DNA of 64,000 nucleotides from Nitrospiraceae bacterium (GCA_050246315.1 JBFWWG010000001.1:625128-689127), one strand, 5' to 3'. Positions 9,341 through 19,595 are shown, numbered from the stretch's first letter. A program made the numbers and translations. Notes: generated by a model from the letters alone, not told the origin.

Positions 9341-9994
9341 TCAGGAAGAAGGCGCCAGGTATCGTTGAAACCAGCCAAGCGCGAGTGTGGCCACCTGCTC
9401 CAACATTCCCGGTTCTTCGAACAGATGCGAAGCGCCGGGAACAATGACCAATTTCTTCCGGCAGGTGAGTAACGCCAGGGCGTCCCGGTTCAGTTCGACG
9501 ACTGTTTCGTCGTCTCCTCCCACGATGAGCAGGGTCGGCGCCGTCACGCTCGGCAGATAGGTCGCGGCGAGGTCTGGCCGCCCACCGCGGGAGACCACGG
9601 CGTCGACGATCCCGGGTGCCTCGGCCGCAGCCTGTAATGCCGCTCCTGTGCCGGTGCTGGCTCCGAAATAGCCGATTCGGAGTCGAGCAGTTCTGGATTG
9701 TCCGGTCAGCCAGTCGGTTGCCCCGCGCACTCTGCTTGCCAGCAAGGAAGTATCGAAGACATTTCGACGGTCCTCCGCTTCACTCTCCTCTAGCAGATCA
9801 ATCAACAAAGTGGCGATCCGCCCTTGCTGTAGGTGCCTGGCAACGAAGCGATTGCGGGGGCTCAAGCGACCGCTCCCGCTTCCATGCGCGAAGAGCACGA
9901 TGCCCTTTGGGTCGTCTGGGAGCCCAAGTATGCCCTGAAGTCGATGACGCCCCATTACTAACTCGACGTCCTGTTCGTGCGGGCCGAGTGCCAT
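9341..9994 (-). CDS. Dienelactone hydrolase-like alpha/beta hydrolase
   Basis: VLFAHGSGSGRLSPRN, nucleophile elbow GYFGASTG, VVSRGGRPDLA, GASHLFEEPG; RBS AAGAGGAGA. Confidence 0.85.
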   Translation of the reverse strand: MALGPHEQDVELVMGRHRLQGILGLPDDPKGIVLFAHGSGSGRLSPRNRFVARHLQQGRIATLLIDLLEESEAEDRRNVFDTSLLASRVRGATDWLTGQSRTARLRIGYFGASTGTGAALQAAAEAPGIVDAVVSRGGRPDLAATYLPSVTAPTLLIVGGDDETVVELNRDALALLTCRKKLVIVPGASHLFEEPGMLEQVATLALGWFQRYLAPSS

Positions 9995-10026
9995 GGTGAT
10001 TCTCCTCTTACATTGCATAGCAGGAC

Positions 10027-10043
10027 AGCGGGATCAATGCCAG
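10027..10043 (-). promoter_or_regulatory. Possible sigma54 -24/-12 promoter for the hydrolase
   Basis: Minus strand CTGGCATTGATCCCGCT has GG-N10-GC spacing about 35 nt upstream of the ATG; the -12 element is imperfect. Confidence 0.35.
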
Positions 10044-10167
10044 TCTCCCGCATCAAGTCTGACGCGAAGACAGAATAACCAGCCATTTTCAGGGCTACGG
10101 CCTTATCAAGCGGGCGATCGCTCCGCCGCGTCCATACAAGAAGATCCTCGCTAATGTTGCAAATGGT

Positions 10168-10186
10168 ATTGAAAATCGAAATCAAT
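10168..10186. promoter_or_regulatory. AT-rich imperfect palindrome resembling a Fur-family box
   Basis: ATTGAAAATCGAAATCAAT (ATTGA-N9-TCAAT) in a divergent intergenic region. Confidence 0.35.
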
Positions 10187-10234
10187 TTATCCTAGAATCG
10201 AGACCCTCGTGCTGTCTACGAGGTAACTTGTCCA

Positions 10235-12088
10235 GTGAGGGAAAGCCAAGTGACGCAGCGTCCCGTCCTCATCATCGGTGCCGGTCCTGCCGGACTGACT
10301 ACCGCTTACGAACTTTCCAAACAAGGACTGTCGTCGACTGTGCTGGAAAGTGGCGCCCAGGTCGGCGGGATTTCAAAGACCGTGAACTACGCCGGGTATC
10401 GGTTCGATATCGGTGGGCATCGGTTTTTCTCGAAGGTGCCGTTAATCAATGAGTTGTGGCAGGAAATTCTGGGAGAAGAGTTCCTCCTGCGTCCCCGCAA
10501 GTCACGCATCTACTACAACGAACATTTCTTCGACTATCCCCTGAAGCCGATCAACGCCTTGATCGGGTTAGGGCCGGTCGAGTCCGTTCTAGTAGCCCTC
10601 AGCTATCTGAAGGCGAGGTTCGCCCATATTCACGAGGAAAGGACCTTCGAGGATTGGGTGTCGAATCGATTCGGGTACCGACTATACAGAATTTTCTTCA
10701 AGACCTACACGGAGAAGGTGTGGGGGATTCCTTGCACGGAGATCTCGGCGGATTGGGCGGCGCAACGGATCAAGAATCTGTCCCTCAAGCAGGCTCTCCG
10801 CAACGCGCTCTTGGGGGCGTCGCGGGGAGTGGACGGCAAGACGATCACTTCCTTAATCGAGCAGTTTCACTACCCGAGGTTCGGACCGGGAATGATGTGG
10901 GAACGCTGTGAGATGGTGATCGGCCAACGAGGCACCCGGACGGTTCGCGGCATGCACATCAATCGTATCCGGCATGCACGGGGACGGGTCGAATCCGTCT
11001 CCGGGACGACGTCGACCGGAGAGCGGACGGAGTTCGAGGGATCCGACTTTGTCTCGACGATGCCGCTTCGGGAGCTCATGTTTGCCTTGACTCCCATGCC
11101 TCCTGCCCAGGTGCTTGATGCCGCAGCTCGGCTTCGCTACCGGGATTATCTGACCGTGGTGCTGGTCGTCAAGCGCGAGGCCGTCTTCCCGGACAACTGG
11201 ATCTATATCCATTCTTCGGATGTGAAGGTTGGGAGGATCCAAAATTACAAGAACTGGAGTCCCTACATGGTGCCCGATCCTGCCACCACGTCGTTGGGTC
11301 TGGAATATTTTCTCTGGGACAAGGATGAGGAATGGTCGTGGCCGGACGAGCAACTCATCCAAATGGGCATCCGCGAATGTCATCAACTGGGGCTGGTCGA
11401 TCCGAAGGACGTGGTCGATGGAACGGTCGTGCGGATGGAGAAGGCCTATCCCGTATACGATCAGACCTACCAGGCCAATGTGGCGGTCATTCGAGACTAT
11501 CTGGCGACACTTCCCAATCTACAGACCATCGGACGGAATGGGCTTCACCGCTACAACAACCAAGACCATTCGATGCTGACCGGGATCTATGCGGCTCGGA
11601 ACATCACGGGCGAGCGGTGGGATGTGTGGTCTGTCAATACCGAAAAGGAATATCACGAGGAGGGACGCGTCGCCAAACTCAACCCCGGCGATCGGTTGGT
11701 GCCGAAACCGATAGCCGTTCCGGTACAGGGCATGCCGACTGGGCTGGATCGGGTGCTCGAGCGCGCCTTCGCGCAGGTGGATCCTGTTGCCATGGGCGTG
11801 GCGACGGCAGTAGTCGGCGGTGTAGGGATCTTCCTTGTCACGGTCATCCTGTTGATCAAGGGCGGCAGGGTGGTGGGGCCGAATCTGTCGCTCCTCGCAC
11901 AATTTCTCCCGGGCTTCAGTGTGACGTGGGCCGGCGCGGTGATCGGCCTTGTCGAGATGGGACTCTGGGGATTTCTAATTGGATACGCCAGCGCCTGGCT
12001 GTGCAACCAGGTCGCCGTGCTGTACGTGTCGCAGATTCGGTCCCGTGCGGAGGCGGCGGAACACCGGGATCTGCTGGATAAGGTATAG
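10235..12088 (+). CDS. FAD-dependent oxidoreductase (UDP-galactopyranose mutase/protoporphyrinogen oxidase-like) with a C-terminal membrane domain
   Basis: IIGAGPAGL, DIGGHRFFSK, YTEKVWG, DNWIYIH, GRNGLHRYNNQDHSM; two hydrophobic helices at the C-terminus. Confidence 0.85.
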   Translation: MRESQVTQRPVLIIGAGPAGLTTAYELSKQGLSSTVLESGAQVGGISKTVNYAGYRFDIGGHRFFSKVPLINELWQEILGEEFLLRPRKSRIYYNEHFFDYPLKPINALIGLGPVESVLVALSYLKARFAHIHEERTFEDWVSNRFGYRLYRIFFKTYTEKVWGIPCTEISADWAAQRIKNLSLKQALRNALLGASRGVDGKTITSLIEQFHYPRFGPGMMWERCEMVIGQRGTRTVRGMHINRIRHARGRVESVSGTTSTGERTEFEGSDFVSTMPLRELMFALTPMPPAQVLDAAARLRYRDYLTVVLVVKREAVFPDNWIYIHSSDVKVGRIQNYKNWSPYMVPDPATTSLGLEYFLWDKDEEWSWPDEQLIQMGIRECHQLGLVDPKDVVDGTVVRMEKAYPVYDQTYQANVAVIRDYLATLPNLQTIGRNGLHRYNNQDHSMLTGIYAARNITGERWDVWSVNTEKEYHEEGRVAKLNPGDRLVPKPIAVPVQGMPTGLDRVLERAFAQVDPVAMGVATAVVGGVGIFLVTVILLIKGGRVVGPNLSLLAQFLPGFSVTWAGAVIGLVEMGLWGFLIGYASAWLCNQVAVLYVSQIRSRAEAAEHRDLLDKV

Positions 12089-12363
12089 CGTGGTCAGCCC
12101 GGTCGGCGAGGGAGATGGCGGATCGGCGGAGATGATCGCGAAGAGTGGGAGCTGAGGGGGGCGGTGACGAGGATTCAGGCCGGACGGCTTGCTCCCGACT
12201 TCGGAGTGGGGGCTGGGCCGGGTTCTCTCTCATGACCGTCTGGCTGCTGTTCGAAGGGAGCGAGCATGTCGGCCTCCATTTTCAGTTGCTGTCCGATTAC
12301 TTTGTCGGTCACTAAGCCTGCGTGCCCGCGCCAGAGGCGCCGATCTGAAAGGAGATCTACCAG

Positions 12364-13371
12364 GTGAGCGAAACAAACAACCCGTTGATGTCGGTCGTGA
12401 TTGCGACGCCTGACCATTTCGATACCATCCGGATGACGCTCCAACACCTGATGCGCCAGACAGTCCGGAGATCGCTCGAGCTCATCATCGTGGCGCCGTC
12501 ACGTGCGCATTTGAACGTCCATGAGGCCGAGCTCTCGGAGTTCGCTGCCGCGTTCGTGCGGATGCAGATCGTGGAAGTGGGAACGATCCATTCGATCGGG
12601 CGAGCCAATGCTGCGGGCATCCGTCGCGCCGCCGCTCCGATCGTCGTGCTGGCGGAGGACCATTGCTTTCCCGATCCTCAATGGGCGGAAAGTCTGATTG
12701 CCGCGCATCGCGGCCCCTGGGCGGCGGTGGGGCCGGCCGTACGCAATGCGAACCCCGGGACCGCGGTGAGCTGGGCGGATCTGTTTATCGGCTATGGACC
12801 CTGGCTCTGTCCGGCGACCGGCCGGGAGATGGAGTTTCTCCCGGGGCACAATACCAGCTATAAGCGCGACCGTTTGTTGGATTACGGGCAAGACTTGGAG
12901 TCGATGATGGAGGCGGAAACCCTTCTGCATTGGGACATGCGCCGAAAGGGGCATCGCCTCTGGCTCGAACCAACGGCCCTCGTCGCCCATACCAACTTCT
13001 CTTTGTGGCGTTCATGGGTGCCGGTGCAATACTACAACGGTCGCCTGTTTGCCGGTGCCCGTGCGCGGGGGATGGCGGCATGGCGACGTCTGATCTTTGT
13101 AGCCGGCTCTCCGCTGATCCCGCCGTTGCGGCTATGGCGAATCTGGAAGGGAATCGAGGCCGGCGAACAGAAGCGGCGGTTTATGCTCAACCTTCCCGCC
13201 CTGGTAATCGGGTTAGTTCTGGATGGGGTCGGCCAATTGGTTGGTTATGCCGCTGGAATCGGTGACGCTGCCGATGATGTAGCCCGGTATGAATTTCATC
13301 GGTTTCAGCACATTCGGGCCGAGGATCGGCTGGCTCTGGCTCCCGTTTCTGCCAAGGTCCCCATTGCCTAG
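12364..13371 (+). CDS. Glycosyltransferase family 2-like protein
   Basis: MSVVIAT, LELIIV, NAAGIRRA, VVLAEDH (DxD-like), PGHNTSY; RBS AAGGAG. Confidence 0.8.
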   Translation: MSETNNPLMSVVIATPDHFDTIRMTLQHLMRQTVRRSLELIIVAPSRAHLNVHEAELSEFAAAFVRMQIVEVGTIHSIGRANAAGIRRAAAPIVVLAEDHCFPDPQWAESLIAAHRGPWAAVGPAVRNANPGTAVSWADLFIGYGPWLCPATGREMEFLPGHNTSYKRDRLLDYGQDLESMMEAETLLHWDMRRKGHRLWLEPTALVAHTNFSLWRSWVPVQYYNGRLFAGARARGMAAWRRLIFVAGSPLIPPLRLWRIWKGIEAGEQKRRFMLNLPALVIGLVLDGVGQLVGYAAGIGDAADDVARYEFHRFQHIRAEDRLALAPVSAKVPIA

Positions 13372-13653
13372 CCCGCATGATTGATGACGGTTCGTCGTGT
13401 TCCACCCGTTGCAGTGAAAGCGCAACGGATACCAGGAAGTCGCCAACCGTTGGACCCATTGCCATTGAGAAGAGCAAGGGGTGTCCCAAGCCCGGCCGCG
13501 AGGGACCTTGGCGTACTTGAAACAGTACGCCAAGGGATCAAGCGGCGAGCACGCCAGCCGAAAGGCTTGTCGTGGCGGCGAATCGGTGCGCCCATTGCTT
13601 CTCTGTTGCAATCAGCCAAAGAAGCAGAAGCGTTCATGAATCATGCGGGCGAG
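13368..13653 (+). mobile_element. Full-length non-autonomous TIR element (MITE-like, family A), 286 bp
   Basis: Left end CTAGCCCGCATGATTGATGA; right end reverse complement CTCGCCCGCATGATTCATGA; no transposase; the left TAG is the stop codon of the upstream GT2. Confidence 0.75.
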
Positions 13654-13770
13654 GAGTGAAACGCGCCATCCTCCGTCGTTTGGCGCGGCGAATGTCCGCC
13701 GTGTCGCCGGTCTCCAGAGAATCGATCCCACGGAAACAGGCGTTGACGGTCGCCTGGACATGAGGCGTAT

Positions 13771-14721
13771 GTGAACGAGCTCGACGAGAATATCCGTAGT
13801 TCGAAGGAAACGCGCACGGAACCGTCCGTTCCCTTCTTCTCGATCATCATTCCCACCTGGAATCGGCCGAAACAACTGCGGGCCTGCCTGCTGTCATTGG
13901 CGAAGATGGAGTATCCTCCAGACCGTTTCGAAGTGATCGTGGTGGACGACGGAAGCGACCCGCCGATCGGCGCACCGGAGGATCGCGAACTGTTGGGCTG
14001 CTCCGTGACATGGCTCCGTCAAGTTAATGCAGGACCGGCGGCGGCCCGTAACGCAGGGGCGGCCAAAGCGAAAGGTCCGTATCTGGCCTTCACCGACGAC
14101 GATTGTACGCCGGCCCCGGACTGGCTCCGGCGGCTGGCCGGCATATTCGAGGGTTCGCCGCATGCGCTGGTCGGCGGGCACACGATCAACGCCCTGTCGG
14201 ACAATCTCTACGCGACCGCCAGCCAGACGATCGTGCAGGCCGCGCACGAATCGTTTCAGGCCGGATATAGCCGATTGCAGTTCTTCGCCTCAAACAACAT
14301 GGCTGTGCGAGCCGATTTCTTCTGGGCCGTCGGGGGGTTTGACCCGGCCTTCAGGACGTCTGAAGATCGGGACCTCTGCGATCGGTGGGTGCGTGCCGGC
14401 TACCCGCTCATGTATGCTTCCGATGCGGTGATCTATCATCGCCATGAGCTGACCTTGGTCGGATTTTGGCGGCAACATTTCAACTATGGGCGGGGCGCCT
14501 ATCGCTTTCATCGAGCACGCGCCAGACGAGGAGCCGGTCCCTTTCGGCCTGAGCTTTCGTTCTACCGACACGTCTTCCGCTACCCCTTCAGCAGAGGCGG
14601 ACACGGTCGGCGGTGGTCGCTCGCCATGTTGTTCGTCCTCTGGCAATTCGCGAATGCAGCAGGATTTCTGTGGGAGAAGTGGTGGTCGGGAGAACGGCAG
14701 ACCGACGAGAGGGTGCCGTGA
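13771..14721 (+). CDS. Glycosyltransferase family 2
   Basis: FSIIIPTWNR, EVIVVDDGS, GPAAARNAG, AFTDDDC, GGFD...SEDRDL. Confidence 0.92.
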   Translation: MNELDENIRSSKETRTEPSVPFFSIIIPTWNRPKQLRACLLSLAKMEYPPDRFEVIVVDDGSDPPIGAPEDRELLGCSVTWLRQVNAGPAAARNAGAAKAKGPYLAFTDDDCTPAPDWLRRLAGIFEGSPHALVGGHTINALSDNLYATASQTIVQAAHESFQAGYSRLQFFASNNMAVRADFFWAVGGFDPAFRTSEDRDLCDRWVRAGYPLMYASDAVIYHRHELTLVGFWRQHFNYGRGAYRFHRARARRGAGPFRPELSFYRHVFRYPFSRGGHGRRWSLAMLFVLWQFANAAGFLWEKWWSGERQTDERVP

Positions 14722-16262
14722 GTGATGCTTCGTCACGACCGGGACGTCACTTGCTGGATGGAACCGTCTGGGTGTTGCTCGCGGAGGCGCTGTTCCCTCT
14801 CACCGCTCTGGTCACCTCCGCGTTTCTCACGAGGCGGTTGGGTCTCGACGGATACGGTCACTGGGTCCTGGCCGTCTCGCTTGTCGTCTGGGTGGAATGG
14901 AGTCTCGCCTCATTTTTTTCCAGAGCCACGATCAAACACGTCGGAGCGGCCAAGGACTGGCGGCCGCTCGGGACCGCTGCCGTACAGCTTCAACTCAGGA
15001 TGGGGCTCGGGGCGATGGCGGCAATCTGGGCGTTGGCGTGGCCGCTCGCCCAATGGCTCAGCGAACCGTCGCTCGCGGTGTATCTCGCGCTCCTGGCGCT
15101 GGATGTCCCGCTGTTCGCGCTCGCACAGGCTCACCGCCAGATTCTGGCCGGAACCGGTGCCTACCGCGAGTGCGCCTGGGCCGGCGGGGGTCGGTGGCTT
15201 GCACGCCTGCTGCTTGTTGTCCTCCTGGTCACCGCGGGTCTGTCGGTTGTGGGAGCCATCCTAGGCGTCATCGGCTCGACACTGCTGGAATTGTGGCTGT
15301 ATCGTCGGACTCTGCGCCCGGCATGGTTTTCGCGGACGGGGACCGCGACGTGGTCGCTCTGGAGCTACTCATGGCCCTTGTTTTTCTCGACTGTGAGCCT
15401 GATGGTGGTGGGGCGCATGGATCTGTTCGTCATCAAAGCGCTGGGTTCCACCGCCGAGGAAGCGGGGCTCTATGGGGCGGCCCAGAACCTGGCGTTGCTT
15501 CCCACTCTTCTGGGTATGGCAGCCTCGCCGTTGTTGCTGTCGAGCCTGAGTCGGGCGCTGGCTTGCGGCGACGCTGCGCTCGCCAGGACCATGACGAACC
15601 AGGCCATACGGATCGCCGTGATGATATTTCCGATGGCGGCGGCGGTTGCGGGGTCGGCGGAGGATATCGCCGAGTTCCTGTTCGGGGCGCCTTTTCGGGG
15701 AGCCGGCCGCTTTCTCCCTATGCTTGTGTTCGGAGCCGCTGCTACGCTCCTCCTGTCGGTGGCGCTCACCGTGCTGATCGCGGATGGACAACCACGGTTG
15801 ACCTCGATGCTGACAGTGCCGCTCGTTCCGCTCGCGCTGATAGGTCATCTCATCGTCATTCCTCGGTACGGATCGTTCGGCGCCTCGGTGGTCACTGCAT
15901 TGGTGGGCTGTATGGGAATGGGCATCGGATTGGTCACCATCTGCCGCCTGTGGCGAGTCGTGCCATCCCTCGGAATCGTCGTCCGCACTGTGGCAGCCGG
16001 CCTGCTGGCGCTGTTCGTGTCGACGGTCTGGCCGACGTCCGGGGCGATGGTGCTCGTCAAGCTGGTCGCCGTCGGCGGTTTGATCCTCGTCGTCTACTGG
16101 GTGCTGCGAGAATTTACGGCGGACGAAACGGCCCTCGTGCGCGAGCTGATCGGTGAATGGACAAGAACCAAGAGACCGGCGGACACAACGGCAACCGGTC
16201 TGAGGTCGGAATCGCTGATCGAGTCGGAGGGGACCGTGGGGCGCGGAACGTTGGCGCCGTAG
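14718..16262 (+). CDS. Oligosaccharide flippase (Wzx/MOP superfamily)
   Basis: About 13-14 hydrophobic segments; LTRRLGLDGYG, RMDLFVI, EAGLYGAA, IPRYGSFGAS; GTG start overlaps the upstream TGA. Confidence 0.85.
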   Translation: MSDASSRPGRHLLDGTVWVLLAEALFPLTALVTSAFLTRRLGLDGYGHWVLAVSLVVWVEWSLASFFSRATIKHVGAAKDWRPLGTAAVQLQLRMGLGAMAAIWALAWPLAQWLSEPSLAVYLALLALDVPLFALAQAHRQILAGTGAYRECAWAGGGRWLARLLLVVLLVTAGLSVVGAILGVIGSTLLELWLYRRTLRPAWFSRTGTATWSLWSYSWPLFFSTVSLMVVGRMDLFVIKALGSTAEEAGLYGAAQNLALLPTLLGMAASPLLLSSLSRALACGDAALARTMTNQAIRIAVMIFPMAAAVAGSAEDIAEFLFGAPFRGAGRFLPMLVFGAAATLLLSVALTVLIADGQPRLTSMLTVPLVPLALIGHLIVIPRYGSFGASVVTALVGCMGMGIGLVTICRLWRVVPSLGIVVRTVAAGLLALFVSTVWPTSGAMVLVKLVAVGGLILVVYWVLREFTADETALVRELIGEWTRTKRPADTTATGLRSESLIESEGTVGRGTLAP

Positions 16263-16285
16263 ATAGACGCCGGAACCGGGACGCA

Positions 16286-17881
16286 ATGGGAGGGGAACGG
16301 GCGGACTATCCGGATACGAAGCTGCTGACTGGAGCGGTCCTGTCACCGATGTCGCAGGATCGCCGGTACGATCTGATCGCCATCGCGTCCTGTCTCTTCG
16401 TCGGGATCCTTGGCCTCTGGGTGGGCGCATCGCGCGAAGTCGGCAACTGGGGAGTGGAGGCCGATTTCTTTTCGAGAGACGTCGAGCAGACTTCCCGGAT
16501 TCTTGCCGGGGAACCCTACACGAACCGACATTACCCACCGGGCTATGCTTACCTGCTGGCCCTGTCGTCGCGTTTCACCTCCGACCTGTTTGTCGCGGGA
16601 AAGATCCTGACCAGCCTGTCGGCCGTGCTTTTTGGGGTTGTGACCTATCGGCTCCTTTCGAGCCTATGGGGGAAACGGCTGGCGTTGGCCGCAACCCTCT
16701 TGGTCCTGCTCACACTGGTGCCGTACACCTTCCTCGCCTCGGTCGACATGCCGGCCAACCTGGCATTGGTGTTGTCGATGTGGCTGCTGCTTCGACGGGA
16801 AACCAGCCTCGGGCTCTGTCTTCAGGCCGGCCTGGCGGCGGGGGCGGCCTATCTGCTCCGTTACAATGCACTCTTCCTGCTGGCTGGCATCCCGCTCGTC
16901 CTCCTAACAGCGGGTGATCCGGCCGAGCCCTGGCGGTCTCGGCTGACGAAGGTTGGATGGTTCTTGGGCGCGGCCCTCGTGGTGATGGCGCCATGGCTGC
17001 TCGTGAATTGGTATCGGAACGGAAGTCCTTTCGCCAGCGATCTCTATCAACAGGTTGCCGCGCGGTTTTATCATCCGCAAAAGGATGCGTTCGTCTGGGC
17101 GACGGACGAAATGGGAAAGAAGTTCAACTCGGTATGGGAAGTCCTGGTCTATGACCCATGGCGGTTCACGAAAATGTTCCTGAAAGACGTTGTCTACGGC
17201 AAGGCCCATCGACTCGCGTGGCGGGTCCTTGAATTTCCCTCGATCCTCTTTGCCGGGGCAGGGCTGCTGTTGTATGTGCACCACCTGAACAGGCGGCGGG
17301 CGGCCTTTCTGATCCTGTGTCTAGCCGGATATCTGTTGCATGGGCTGGCGGGGTTCGCCGTCCGGTTTTACTTCTTTCTCTTTCCGCTGCTGTTCCTCGC
17401 GGTGGTGCTGCCGGTCTTTCAATGGGAGCGGCTCCCGTTGCCGTGGTCCGGTGGACGGGTGGAATGGGCCGCCGGCTGGTGGATCTTCGGGATTTTGGCG
17501 CTCGCCTCCGGCTACCATGCCTATGTCAGCACCACGTGGTTGTTGCAGACGCAGCCCACGTATCTCATGGAGGCAGCCACGGAGGTCAGGTCCCGTGCCG
17601 TCGCTGGCGACCGGATGATGGCGATCGAGCCACACCTCTCCTATCTGAGCAAGTTGCCGTTCAGATCCGGTGCGGTCGCGAATTCGCTCGATCGCTATGT
17701 TGAAATCGTGGCGGCCGAGGGCATCCGCTTCCTCGTCTACAGCAAGCACGAGGAAGAATATTGGCCGGGTTTGCGCGTCCTGAGTCAGCCGGATCACATG
17801 CCGAAGTCTCTTCAGGTCATCTATGAACACAAGCCCAGCAGCACGATCATCTATGAGGTCGTGCGATCTGGTCCTGAGTAG
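16286..17881 (+). CDS. GT-C fold membrane glycosyltransferase (ArnT/PMT-like)
   Basis: Acidic first loop (VEADF), HYPPGYAYLL, AYLLRYN, PWLLVNWYRNGSP, many TM helices; start may be 16349. Confidence 0.8.
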   Translation: MGGERADYPDTKLLTGAVLSPMSQDRRYDLIAIASCLFVGILGLWVGASREVGNWGVEADFFSRDVEQTSRILAGEPYTNRHYPPGYAYLLALSSRFTSDLFVAGKILTSLSAVLFGVVTYRLLSSLWGKRLALAATLLVLLTLVPYTFLASVDMPANLALVLSMWLLLRRETSLGLCLQAGLAAGAAYLLRYNALFLLAGIPLVLLTAGDPAEPWRSRLTKVGWFLGAALVVMAPWLLVNWYRNGSPFASDLYQQVAARFYHPQKDAFVWATDEMGKKFNSVWEVLVYDPWRFTKMFLKDVVYGKAHRLAWRVLEFPSILFAGAGLLLYVHHLNRRRAAFLILCLAGYLLHGLAGFAVRFYFFLFPLLFLAVVLPVFQWERLPLPWSGGRVEWAAGWWIFGILALASGYHAYVSTTWLLQTQPTYLMEAATEVRSRAVAGDRMMAIEPHLSYLSKLPFRSGAVANSLDRYVEIVAAEGIRFLVYSKHEEEYWPGLRVLSQPDHMPKSLQVIYEHKPSSTIIYEVVRSGPE

Positions 17882-18160
17882 ACGAGCTTCCGACCGATGA
17901 TCGAGGTTAACTTCGTGGTGATGCCATGCCGTCTTGTGCGGGTACGTCCCTCCTGAGCTTTCCGATGTCTCCATTCCTGTCCTATTGCCGACGTCCCGAC
18001 GCCGCCCGGTTGCTTCCGGCGAGGTCGATGGCCGGGGCGGAAGCTTTCGATGCAGAATTCGACCGGAGGTGCCTTGATGGCGTCCCCTCCGACTTGACCG
18101 ACCGCCGAGCAAAGGGCTAGGCTGGGCGCGCCTCTGATGGGATGAGTAAACGGGAAGACC

Positions 18161-19543
18161 ATGGTGACCGCGGATACAAAAGGATCGGTCCTTGTCGTCG
18201 ACGACGACCCGGATATGGGGTCGCTGGTTGAGGACATCATGTCGGAACGGGGGTATGCCGTCACGGTCGTGACGAATGGACAAGACGCGCTCAAGCATCT
18301 GGGACAAGCCGACTACGAAGTGGTGCTGACCGATCTCCGCATGAAGGGAATGCAGGGGCTAGAGCTTCTCTCGGAGGTGAAGCGGTCCTATCCCCATACC
18401 AACGTCATTCTGATGACGGCCTTCGGTTCGGTCGAAACTGCCGTGGATGCCATGAAGCACGGGGCCTACGACTACCTGACCAAACCGGTGAAATCGAACG
18501 AACTGGTCCCGACGCTGGAACGCGCGATACGGGAAGCGAGGCTCCGTCGAGAGGTGGCGGCCCTGCGCCGCGCCGTCGGCAAGGAATATAGCTTTCATCA
18601 GATTCTCGGGAAGAGCAAGGTGATGCGCGAGTTGTTCGACCTCATCCAGCGGGTCGCGGACAGCCCGACCAACATCCTGATATCCGGGGAAAGCGGGACC
18701 GGCAAGGAACTGGTTGCCAAGGCCATCCACTTCAACAGCGATCGGAAGAATGCCCCGTTTATTCCGGTCAACTGTGCGGCGATTCCGGAAACCCTCCTCG
18801 AAAGCGAGCTGTTCGGGTACGTGCGCGGCGCCTTCACCGACGCAAAGGCCGACAAACGCGGGCTGTTCGAGGAGGCCAACCAGGGCACGCTCTTCTTGGA
18901 TGAGATTAGTGAGATTCCGACCTTACTGCAGGCCAAGTTGTTGCGGGCCATCCAAGAAAAGGAAGTTCGTCGGGTGGGCTCCGCCCGCTCGCTGTCGGTG
19001 GAGGTCCGCATCATTGCGGCGACCAACGTCAACCTGGCCGAAGAGGTCAAGGCCAGGCGGTTCCGGGAGGATCTGTACTACCGGTTGAACGTGATCGAGG
19101 TCCGCCTCCCGCCCCTGCGCGAGCGTCGGGAGGATATTCCTCTGATGGTCGAGGCGTTCCTTCAGAAATGCGCCCAGACCGCTCATCGCCCCGTGCGAGG
19201 CGTGACGGAATCGGCCTTGGCACTCCTGATCGACTACGCCTGGCCCGGCAACGTGCGCGAGCTCGAGAACGTGATCGAGCGGGCGGTGACCCTGTCGCGA
19301 GCCGACAAGATCGGTGCTGACGATCTTCCACCCATGATTCAGGGGGCCCGAGGCGACCGTCGAGTGATCGACGAGGCGGCGGAACGCACGCTGCCGCTCC
19401 ATGAAGTCGAGAAGGAGTATATTCTTCGCATTTTGGAAAAGACCGCCGGGAACAAGTATCAAGCCGCCAACATTCTGGGGATCGACCGCAAGACGCTCTA
19501 CCGCAAGCTCGGCGAAATCGAAGAGAGCAAATCACAGCATTAG
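18161..19543 (+). CDS. Sigma54-dependent response regulator (NtrC/AtoC family)
   Basis: Receiver VLVVDDD/TDLRM; GESGTGKE, ESELFG, GAFTDA, LFLDEI, WPGNVRELEN; Fis HTH LGIDRKTLYRKL. Confidence 0.95.
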   Translation: MVTADTKGSVLVVDDDPDMGSLVEDIMSERGYAVTVVTNGQDALKHLGQADYEVVLTDLRMKGMQGLELLSEVKRSYPHTNVILMTAFGSVETAVDAMKHGAYDYLTKPVKSNELVPTLERAIREARLRREVAALRRAVGKEYSFHQILGKSKVMRELFDLIQRVADSPTNILISGESGTGKELVAKAIHFNSDRKNAPFIPVNCAAIPETLLESELFGYVRGAFTDAKADKRGLFEEANQGTLFLDEISEIPTLLQAKLLRAIQEKEVRRVGSARSLSVEVRIIAATNVNLAEEVKARRFREDLYYRLNVIEVRLPPLRERREDIPLMVEAFLQKCAQTAHRPVRGVTESALALLIDYAWPGNVRELENVIERAVTLSRADKIGADDLPPMIQGARGDRRVIDEAAERTLPLHEVEKEYILRILEKTAGNKYQAANILGIDRKTLYRKLGEIEESKSQH

Positions 19544-19595
19544 CCCGTCCCTGCACGTCTGCACGCCCGCCCGGCCGAGGATAGGAAGCCACCGC

